The notes beneath the pieces are model-generated. The model worked only from the letters and a program-made list of their open reading frames with translations, ran no database searches and was not told where the DNA came from. DNA of 44,875 nucleotides. Origin: a virus (Duplodnaviria > Caudoviricetes). Numbering within the stretch: position 1 is the stretch's first letter; each line of letters begins with the position of its first letter. The stretch covers positions 1 to 44,875 of the IMG/VR virus record IMGVR_UViG_3300031949_000072. One strand, 5' to 3'. The translations under genes and the position numbers were made by a program. Shown in pieces: positions 8,599 to 17,300 of the stretch.

Positions 8599-8972
8599 GC
8601 CCCAGCGTCGAGCAACCCCTGCGGAATCGCCGGCTTCGTGCCGTACTCGTAGATGAGCTTCTGGAACGCGGTCAGAATCGAGGCGATGGCCGCGGAACCC
8701 AACACGCGCAGCACGCCGCCGAATCCGCCCCAGCCGGCCAGCGAGTAGCCATCGTGCATCACGGGATCGAACCAGTCGAGGATGCCGAGCTGTTGCGCGG
8801 CCGGCGTCAGGCCCTCGACCACGACCTTGGCATAGCCGGCGGCGAGGATCACGAAGTTCGCGACCCACACGATCTTCGGAATGATCGCGTTATTGAATCC
8901 CGGGGCGATGCGGGCGAACGCCGCGACGATCTGCACGACGAGCACGAGGATCGTTCCGAGTTCTGCGGTCAT
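8595..8972 (-). CDS. Membrane protein, holin candidate
   Basis: 2-3 hydrophobic segments; last gene of the late operon; AAGGAG RBS. Confidence 0.6.
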   Translation of the reverse strand: MTAELGTILVLVVQIVAAFARIAPGFNNAIIPKIVWVANFVILAAGYAKVVVEGLTPAAQQLGILDWFDPVMHDGYSLAGWGGFGGVLRVLGSAAIASILTAFQKLIYEYGTKPAIPQGLLDAGA

Positions 8973-9193
8973 GGTTTCTCCTTTTTCAGATCGACGATCA
9001 GGGACTCGGCGCGGGCCTGGCGCGCCAGGATCTCGCGCTGGTTCCCGATGATCTCATGGACCCAGCCTGCGGCAACCGTCTGTGGCGTTGGCTTTATCGC
9101 CCACAAGAGCAGGAGAATTACTACGGCCGCCAGCATGAATAGGCCGATGACACGATTGAGTTGCCGATTCACACGCTCGTATAATTCGTCCAT
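8969..9193 (-). CDS. Single-TM plus coiled-coil protein (lysis accessory candidate)
   Basis: MDELYER...VIGLFMLAAVVILLLLWAI... Confidence 0.55.
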   Translation of the reverse strand: MDELYERVNRQLNRVIGLFMLAAVVILLLLWAIKPTPQTVAAGWVHEIIGNQREILARQARAESLIVDLKKEKP

Positions 9194-9194
9194 C

Positions 9195-9383
9195 TCATCG
9201 CCCCACGAACCGCACGACCAGCGCGCCGACCAGCGCTCCGATCGTTGCCGCGACGACCGAGAACTTCCCAAGGAGATACGCCATCTTGATACGCTCGGCC
9301 GTCAACGTCTCCTCCAGATGGCGGATGCGGTCTTTTACTTCCTCGAACTCGCGGCGAGTTACGCCGTTGATGTGCTCAACCAC
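9195..9383 (-). CDS. Coiled-coil plus C-terminal TM protein (XhlA-like/holin candidate)
   Basis: VTRREFEEVKDRIRHLE followed by a hydrophobic tail; GGAGGAG RBS. Confidence 0.6.
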   Translation of the reverse strand: MVEHINGVTRREFEEVKDRIRHLEETLTAERIKMAYLLGKFSVVAATIGALVGALVVRFVGR

Positions 9384-9437
9384 GTCCGTTCTCCTCCCGC
9401 GCGGCTACGAGGGGAGAGCCGCAACGTGGGTCTGTCC

Positions 9438-12400
9438 TCACGCCGCCCGACCGTACGTCTCAATCGCCACCACGTGCACGCTGATCGGCTGCGCCGCGTC
9501 CTTCTTGATCTGCACGTTCAACACGTTGAAATCGTGCGCGCTCCACGCCGCCCCCGGCAGGAGCCCAGGATACGCTACCAGGTTGCCGATGTCGTCATGG
9601 AATCGGATCACGTGCCCGGGCTTGAGATCCACGGCATTGACATAGGTGTCGAACTCGATGAGCACGCGGCGCGCGCGCCTGGAATCGACAATCCACTTGA
9701 GCAACGCCTCGGCCGTCACGTGGTTCCACACGTCGGGCGCCGTCCACTCCATCGTCCGCTGGATGCCGTAGAAGGTCTCGGCATTCTGGCAGGCTGTCTT
9801 GTAGGCCGCGGCGTTGAGGGCAAACGTCGTCGAACTCGGGCTGCATTCGGCCTTCGACGAGAACCCACCAGACCCGTCGTGCCACCCATAAGCCAGCGCG
9901 AACCGCGTCACGACGCTCGAACGGTCGGAGAGTCGGGCCTCGAACGTCCGCGGCACGACGCGGTCCGGGCCGAAGTAGTAGCCGGTCGTGCGGTACAGCC
10001 GCTCCGGTGCGCTCGTCGCGGGGTCGTGCACATCGACGAAGGCGCGCCATTGCATGCTACCCGCGTCCGAGAGCTGCGACTGAAAGAGCGCCATGCTCTG
10101 AACGCCGATGCGCGGCATGATGCTGCGAAGAGTATTGGACTCCAAGATCGGCATGGTGAGCTTCCAGCCCGAGTATGTGCCGCTGCCAGGACACAGGGCA
10201 TTGAGCTGAGTTCGTGCGCGAACGAAGCTGCCGAACTCCGTGCCCACCGCGCGCCCGGTGAACGCCGAACTGCCGGAGAATCTGGCAATCAGATGGCCGG
10301 CGATGTCCGCCGGGTTCTCGATGATCGACTGCGTGGTCGCCGTGTAGATCCCCGACACGTCGCGCGGGCCGATGCCGCACACGAATACATTGGATAGCGA
10401 GCGCGACGACACCTCCGGTCCGGCATTGGAGGCGTAGGGGATCTGAACGACGCCAGGCCCGGTGCGGATCGGTCCTCTGTTCAAAATGGTTTCGAAAAGC
10501 TCGCGTGCTCCAAGCTGTACGAGACCGCGCGCGATATTCGCTCCAAGCGCGCGCGGCTTGTCCCGAGATTGCAGGTCGCTTCGGAATAGGACCTCAAGCC
10601 ACACCCTGCAGATGCGTACGTCGCCGCCACTCGCGCGAATCAGCACGTCGCCGGGATAGACGATATATGTTCCCGCGCCGATCCGTTGGCTGACGTGGCC
10701 GAAATCCCACGGCCCGATGAAGCCCTCGCTCTCGCTTCCCGAATTGTAGTCCTGGAGACCCGTGACCGTGCGCTTCTTGATGATGGCATACTTGATACCG
10801 GTCGCCTGTGGATCGAATGTAACGCCAGCACCGCTCTGGCTCGTGCCGAAGGTTGAGGTAAGAGTTGCGACCTGAGCGTAGGAGTACCGCGCGTCGAGAA
10901 GCGCGGTAGCACTTGGTCCGCCGCGGTGCGTCAAGACGCCGATTCTGATCTGCAACACTTCGCCGAGATCCGGTCCGGCCGCCGGAAGCTGGAGAGAAAG
11001 ACCGCCGCTGCTGACGATGGTTGCGTAGGTTTCCGGATCGGCGTCGAACACGTTCTCGGCATCGCCGGTAAATGCCCCGTCCGTTAGATATGGAATCCCG
11101 CCCGTGGTGCGTCTGATCTTCGAGAACTCGGTGCACGGAAGAACAATCGACTGGACCACACCGCTCCACAGTTCTTGCTCGGTCTCGAAGCTCGGGCTTG
11201 ACGTGTTGATATAGAAGCCGCAGACCTGCGCTAGCCCCCCTGTTCGCGTCAAGCCCGAGGTCCGGATTGCACGCGCGTCGCCCGCGCCGCCCGACGTCTT
11301 GTAGGCCGGCAGGTCGTTCGACAGGTCGCGACACAGAATGAGCCCAGAGTCTGAATCTCCTCGCCAAGTGCATGCGGAGAGATGTTGTATGTACTCCGCA
11401 GGTGCAGCCACTGGATCGGTAACCTCGTCCTGGAAATTGTATTGCGGGCTCGCACCTTCATTCAGAGCGAAGATCGGCGAGGTAGACAAGTCTCCGTAAA
11501 CGAAGATCGCCTGGCGCATCTTGTCGAGCAGCGGCGCGGCATCCCCGTTGTAGCCTCGATTGCCATTCGCCGCGAGGGGCAATTGCAGCATCGGAAACTT
11601 CACGCCATGCCCGAGACAGTAGGTGATTGCGGCCATGAAACGCTTGTAGGCGCTCGCTGGTTGCGCACCGCCATCATGGTAATCGGTGAAATGATCCCAC
11701 TCCAATTGCGTGCCTGCCGCATACTCCTTGATCGCGGTCGGATGGAACCTGCCGTAGAAGATCGGCACGACGCTCCCGAAGAAGTCGCGCGGGCGCGTCC
11801 CCTCCTGCGCTCCCCAGATGAAGGAGGATTCGTTGATCATCTTGGTCGGCACCAGCGCCTCTTCGTCGCCTACCTGGACGGCGCGGATCTCGACGTGCTC
11901 GGCCGTGCACACGGCCTCCTCGATGCGTCCAAGAAATAGGATCTTGGTGTACCAGAGTCCAGCGTCAAGGACGAAGGCGTTGATGCGGATGAGGCCGCCG
12001 ATCACATAGCTCGCCTGAAATGACGTTGCGAGATCGACGGGCAATTGCGTCACGAGATCCGCCATGGTCGTATTGCGGAATCGCACAACGGCGCTCGCCG
12101 TCTCGTACTCGATGCCCGTGACGCCCTCAAACACCATGTCGCCCCATTCCAGGACGCCAGGCTGATAGGCCCCGGGGCCGGACACGGCATCGGCGCCAAC
12201 GGCCTCCCCAACCTGGAACACCCGCGGAGTAGCACCGAGAAGAATAAGCTGAACGGCGGCTGCTTCGCTGCGCAGGAATTGATCGGCTGCCGCCTCGAAG
12301 GTCGGCCCGCCGCCGGCCATCTCGTCAACAACGCTTCCGGAGTACTGGCCGCCGGGGCCACCACCGCCCGCGCCGAACGCGCCGCCCGCGTCCGTGATAA

Positions 12401-13058
12401 TCGACCGATCGAAGAGAGAGAGGTCCCAGCCGAGATCAACCGCGTCGTCGAGCGCCTGCGCGTCAGCCACCGCCATGCCGATGCTCTGCGCCACGACCTC
12501 GGCGAATGTCTGCGTATCGGCCACCGCCATGCCGATGCTCTGTCCGACGCTCTCCGAGAACGTCATGCTATCGGAGAACGACTTGGTAATGGGTCCCTCG
12601 GTGTAAAAGACATCGACCCTGAGCCAATCCACTTCCGTGGTGAGCGGCGCCTCGGCCTCATAGGACGGCGTAAGCCGAACACGAAACACGCCGCTAGCCA
12701 TCTGAGCGGTTGTCCAACTGCGCCCCCAGGTGTCTACCGCGCTCCCGAGCGTGTACACAGTCTCCGACTCGGTCAGCGCCGTAGTCGTTTGGGTCGCGGT
12801 CCAGGATGCGCCGCTGTCCCACGAAAGTTCCGCGTTGAGCCAAACGGCATCCACAAGACCGGTGACGTAGGCGTCAAGGTAGACGATGATGCCGTCGATA
12901 GTCGCGCCGTCGGGGATGCCGAATGCATATCCCCACCACGAGGTTGTGACGGCAGATGTTGCGACCGCGGAACCGCCGCCATCGGCATAGGCCAGGTTGC
13001 GGCTTGTCCAGCCGCTGCCGCTGTTCGCGTTCGGGCTCTTGACTCCGGTGTTCGCCAT
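9438..13058 (-). CDS. Large tail-tip/hub-type structural protein
   Basis: 1206 aa, downstream of the tape measure; C-terminal DLKPGHVIRF motif typical of tail hub proteins; N-terminal beta-rich domain. Confidence 0.7.
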   Translation of the reverse strand: MANTGVKSPNANSGSGWTSRNLAYADGGGSAVATSAVTTSWWGYAFGIPDGATIDGIIVYLDAYVTGLVDAVWLNAELSWDSGASWTATQTTTALTESETVYTLGSAVDTWGRSWTTAQMASGVFRVRLTPSYEAEAPLTTEVDWLRVDVFYTEGPITKSFSDSMTFSESVGQSIGMAVADTQTFAEVVAQSIGMAVADAQALDDAVDLGWDLSLFDRSIITDAGGAFGAGGGGPGGQYSGSVVDEMAGGGPTFEAAADQFLRSEAAAVQLILLGATPRVFQVGEAVGADAVSGPGAYQPGVLEWGDMVFEGVTGIEYETASAVVRFRNTTMADLVTQLPVDLATSFQASYVIGGLIRINAFVLDAGLWYTKILFLGRIEEAVCTAEHVEIRAVQVGDEEALVPTKMINESSFIWGAQEGTRPRDFFGSVVPIFYGRFHPTAIKEYAAGTQLEWDHFTDYHDGGAQPASAYKRFMAAITYCLGHGVKFPMLQLPLAANGNRGYNGDAAPLLDKMRQAIFVYGDLSTSPIFALNEGASPQYNFQDEVTDPVAAPAEYIQHLSACTWRGDSDSGLILCRDLSNDLPAYKTSGGAGDARAIRTSGLTRTGGLAQVCGFYINTSSPSFETEQELWSGVVQSIVLPCTEFSKIRRTTGGIPYLTDGAFTGDAENVFDADPETYATIVSSGGLSLQLPAAGPDLGEVLQIRIGVLTHRGGPSATALLDARYSYAQVATLTSTFGTSQSGAGVTFDPQATGIKYAIIKKRTVTGLQDYNSGSESEGFIGPWDFGHVSQRIGAGTYIVYPGDVLIRASGGDVRICRVWLEVLFRSDLQSRDKPRALGANIARGLVQLGARELFETILNRGPIRTGPGVVQIPYASNAGPEVSSRSLSNVFVCGIGPRDVSGIYTATTQSIIENPADIAGHLIARFSGSSAFTGRAVGTEFGSFVRARTQLNALCPGSGTYSGWKLTMPILESNTLRSIMPRIGVQSMALFQSQLSDAGSMQWRAFVDVHDPATSAPERLYRTTGYYFGPDRVVPRTFEARLSDRSSVVTRFALAYGWHDGSGGFSSKAECSPSSTTFALNAAAYKTACQNAETFYGIQRTMEWTAPDVWNHVTAEALLKWIVDSRRARRVLIEFDTYVNAVDLKPGHVIRFHDDIGNLVAYPGLLPGAAWSAHDFNVLNVQIKKDAAQPISVHVVAIETYGRAA

Positions 13059-13534
13059 CAGCTCGCCCCGAACCTCACGGTCAACGTCACGGTCAAGCTC
13101 TGGCCGCTACCCTTGGAGAAGGACGAGAACGTGTCCAGGTAGTTGAACATCGTCCCGCTCGTGAATGCGTTGAACAGCGCACACTCGGAGATCGTGCCGG
13201 TGCCCGTGCCGGCGGCGAAGGTCGCGACGTAAACGACCGTGTTGTCGTCGCCGCCCGTGCCCTGCGTCGTCGAGGTGAGCGCGACGCGCGCGAGTTCGGT
13301 GGCGAGCGTCGTGCTGGCCGAGGTCTGGCCCGTGCCGCTGCCGACCGCCATGTGGGTCGGGAGCGTCGTTCCCCGGTCGCTCATGGCATCGGCGACCAGC
13401 GCATCGCCGAGCTGCGTGATGAGATTGCGGCAATGCACACGATGGGCGACCGAGCCGTCCGCGTTCCGGAGTTCCAGCTCGACGTCGCCACGCATGAACA
13501 GCCTCTCGCGGCGTCCCAAGTCCCAGAAGCTCAT
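13058..13534 (-). CDS. Tail fibre-attachment/baseplate-like protein
   Basis: NLITQLG...THMAVGSG...LATELAR...ATFAAGTGTGTISECALFNA pattern. Confidence 0.7.
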   Translation of the reverse strand: MSFWDLGRRERLFMRGDVELELRNADGSVAHRVHCRNLITQLGDALVADAMSDRGTTLPTHMAVGSGTGQTSASTTLATELARVALTSTTQGTGGDDNTVVYVATFAAGTGTGTISECALFNAFTSGTMFNYLDTFSSFSKGSGQSLTVTLTVRFGAS

Positions 13535-14352
13535 ACTGCCCCCTCTAGGCGCAGAACAGCCGCGCCCTTGTGTGCGCCGGCCGTCCCGCCCATTGCAGCC
13601 CCGTGGTCGTATCCCAGGACGAGGCCGAAGAAGTGTTCCAAGCCAACCGGCACGACCGTCGTCACCGAATCCGGCGGAATGATGCCGACCAGTTTCCCGA
13701 AATTCGCGCGGCCGACGGTCTCAACGATCAACTTCTGCTGCGCCTGGTCGATGCGCTCGAAGATCGCTGTTGCCGACTTGGTGATCTTGCGTGCGCCGAT
13801 CAGCACGTGTCGCGCGTCGCCGGCTGATTGCAGGAACTCAAGCGGGAATCCGTAGTTCACGACCCACCCGTTCTCGCCCTCCGGGTTCTTGGCGACCGCG
13901 GCATGCGTGCCCATGAACACGGCCCCGAGCCGGAACGGCGGCCAGGCAGAGCCGCGCGTCAGGATGAGCCGGTAGACCGTTGCCGCAGGCGTCAGCGCCG
14001 AACGCACGAGCAGGTCTCCGTCTGAGGTGGGCGTCGCCGTGCCGATGGACACGAATGTGGTGCCGTTGTGGTAGGCGAACTCGATGCCGTAGCCGCCGGT
14101 GTAGAGGTCGTGGTTCACGATGCCGAAGCAGGTGAACTGTTGCGATGCGGAGAACGTGAAGTCGATAACGGGAGCCGCGCTCGGGTTCGCCGGCACTTTG
14201 AGTCGGCGCCACGGATCGTCGTACTTGAGATTTGCAGCAGGATGACTCGCGTCGGCCGTCGCGTTCGTGATCGTTACCGTGCTCACGTTCTCCGGCAGGA
14301 CCTTGTTGTTGTAGGCGAGCACCATGCGCGTCTCGCTGGCTGTGAATGCCAT
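13531..14352 (-). CDS. Tail structural protein (distal-tail position)
   Basis: Directly after the tape measure; beta-rich composition. Confidence 0.6.
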   Translation of the reverse strand: MAFTASETRMVLAYNNKVLPENVSTVTITNATADASHPAANLKYDDPWRRLKVPANPSAAPVIDFTFSASQQFTCFGIVNHDLYTGGYGIEFAYHNGTTFVSIGTATPTSDGDLLVRSALTPAATVYRLILTRGSAWPPFRLGAVFMGTHAAVAKNPEGENGWVVNYGFPLEFLQSAGDARHVLIGARKITKSATAIFERIDQAQQKLIVETVGRANFGKLVGIIPPDSVTTVVPVGLEHFFGLVLGYDHGAAMGGTAGAHKGAAVLRLEGAV

Positions 14353-14355
14353 CGC

Positions 14356-17300
14356 CTATCGCCTCCCGCGGGCCAGCGCGGCCATCGCCTTCGACCCGCG
14401 ACCGCTGCGCATGTACCGTTCGAAGTCGGCGCTGTCGAGAGCCGTGATGTTGGCCTCGATCTTGGTCGGCGCAGGCCCCTCGATGCGGAAGAAGCGCCGC
14501 GCTCTGTCCGATGCCTGCTCGCGGAGCTGAGTGTCGAGCGGCACCTGCGGCACGCGGATCACTCCACGCGTGAACTCGGCGGCGCGGCGGGAGAATGCCA
14601 GGAGTTCCAACGCCTGCCCCGAAGCGCGACGCACCTCGATGGGAGCCGGGGTCGTGGCCTGCACCGGTCGGCGCTGGAGCGGAATGACCGCGGCAAGAGC
14701 CTGTCCCGGCGCCAGCAGCCTCCGCTCGGGAATGCTGAGCGCCGCGGCCGTCGTGCTCGGCACGCGGCGGGCAATCGGCACGATGGTCGCGGCCGCGGCG
14801 ACGGCGGGAAGCGCGCGACGAGGTGGGGTGACCTCCTGCCGCAGGAGCCCGCCGCCGCCGGCCCCGGACGCCAGCGGACGGATGGGCGCGAATGGAGGCG
14901 TGGGAGCCGCGATCTTGGCCGCGCTCGTGCCGCGAGCAAGGATCGCCCGCGTTGACTCGACCAGCGCGCCGGCAACTCGCGCGAGCGCCGCCAGGAGCGG
15001 CCCCATCGGAAACGGCGCCGGCGTGGCTGGCCTCTGGGTCGGTGGAGCGATTACCCGAGGGGCCACGACCGGCGCCGAGACGGTCGGTCGGCCAACTGGC
15101 CCGACAGTTGCCGCCGGCGGAACGATCCGCCTCGGAGGCGGGACGGTGACTGTTTCACGTGGAACTTTCCCGACGCTCACCTCCGGCGCCGGCACCTCGA
15201 TCGGCGCCAAGTCGCCAAGGCGGAGCTGTACCGCGACGACCGCAGCGTCCGGCGGCAGGATGGTCGGCTGCGGGAAGGCGAGATCAGCCAGCGGCTCGAC
15301 CGAGAACCTTGGAGCCGGCAGGCGGATCTGCGGCAAACCACCCACCGCCACGTCGGGCGGCCCGAGGCCGACCGGCGGCAGCGGCTTGGCGGCGACCGCG
15401 GGCGCCTGGAGGGTCAGGGCGGAGAGCCGCGCGACCCGCACCTCGGGCGCCGCGGCGCGCAGCACGGAGCGCACGGTCGGAAGCTGGGCCACGACCGGAG
15501 CCAGCGCGGCGACCCGCACGGCCGGAGCGGCGAGAGTCTGGCGCCCGATGGCGCCGACCGTGACCTCTGGCGCGGCGAACGCCAGCCTGCCGTGAGGCGG
15601 AGCGGAGAGCAGCGGCGCCGGGATCTCGACCCGGGGCAATTTACCCACGGCGAGGGATGGCGGCGCGAGGGTCAGATCGGACAACGGACGCGTCGTGACC
15701 GCAGGAGCCTGGAAGACAAGCGGCTGGAGCTTCGCCGCGCTGACCGCAGGCTCGACTGAGGCTCGGAGAGTAACCGGCCTGGCCGCAGGCGGCGCCACGA
15801 GCTCGGGGCTCGGAACCGCAACCCGGACGCGCGGCGCCGGCACCCGGATCTCCTCGGCCGTTCCGACCACCGTGAAGCGCGGGGGAGACACGCGCTCGAC
15901 CGGCGGAGCCAGCACGGTGAAAACGGGTGCCAGCGGCTTCAGCTCGCCGACGCTGACCGGCGGCGGCGCAAGTCGTTGAGCGGCAATCCGTTCGATGGAG
16001 ACCGCCGGCGCCGCGAACGCAACCGAACGCAAGGGCTGGAACTGGACGGGCGGCTCCTGGACGGTGGCCGCAGGCGGCGCCAGGACGCGGAGCTGTGGCG
16101 TGACCGGCGCCAGTGGCGGCACCACGACCCGCGGCGCGTCGAGCACGAGCGGCGCCAGGTCGGGCAGCGCCAAGCTCAAGCCAACCTCGACCGGCGGCAC
16201 CTGCGGCACGACGACCTCGGGCGCCGGCATGACCAGCTCGCCGAACGTGTCAACCGAGACACGCGGCGGCGCTATGTCAAGCGACTGGAACCCGCCAACC
16301 GACAGCGGTGGCGCTGGCACCAGGCGCTCTGCCAACGGCTTGAATGCCACGGGCGGAGCGGCGAGGACCACCGGTTGCATGGGGCGGACAGACGCCGGCG
16401 GCGCGGCGAAGGAGAGCGGCCCGAGGATCGGCGCCCGGAACTCGGGCGCCTCCGGAGTACCGATGCGGAGCACGGGTGCCGGGAGCGCGATCTCGGCCAG
16501 CGGTGGCGCCCGGAAGGTGGCAAGGGCGCTCAACACGGCTGGCGCCGGCGTGGCGAAGATAACGGCAGGAGCCCCGAGTCGTTGTTCGGCCGGAGGCGAG
16601 ATCGCCACGCTCGGGGCGAATGTGAGGGTCGGCGGTGCTGCAAGGGTCACCGTCGGGCTGAGCGCCAGGGTCGGCGGCTGGACAAGCGCCACGCTCGGGA
16701 CGAAGGCCAATGCTGGCGGCGGCGTAAGCTGCACGGCCGGCCGGAGGACCATGGCGGCCGGCTCCTCCAGCCTGACGGCTGGCGCCAGGACCAGCTCCCG
16801 CGTCTCGATGCGCGCAGCCGGCAGCTCCGCCACCTCGGGAGCCCGGAGCTCAACCTTGAGCTGCGGCGCGGCCACCTGCAGCTCGCTGGGCATCCCAGAC
16901 AGGAGCACCCTCGGCGCGTCGAGCACCTGCGGCCCGGGAGCGGCGACCGTCGCCACGAGGTCGACGGGCTTCAGGTCCCCGACCCGCACCGCTGGAGCCG
17001 ACAGGTCCTGGCGCCCCGGGCTGCCGACGGTGGTGATCGGCGCCCCGAGCACGACGGGTGCAGCAGGACGGAACCCCACGACCGGCGCACCGAGCGTCAG
17101 CGGCGCGACCGCGCTGACTCGCAGACGCGCCACGAGCGGCGCCAGCTCCGGCATGAGGATCTTCGGCGCGTCGAGCACGAGCGGCGCCATTGGTGGTACT
17201 GCGAAGGCCAGCGACACCTCGACCGGTGCCGGCGGCACGATGATCGGCGGCTCGATCTCGATCTTGCCGAGATCGAGAGCGCGAAGATCGAAGGCTACAC

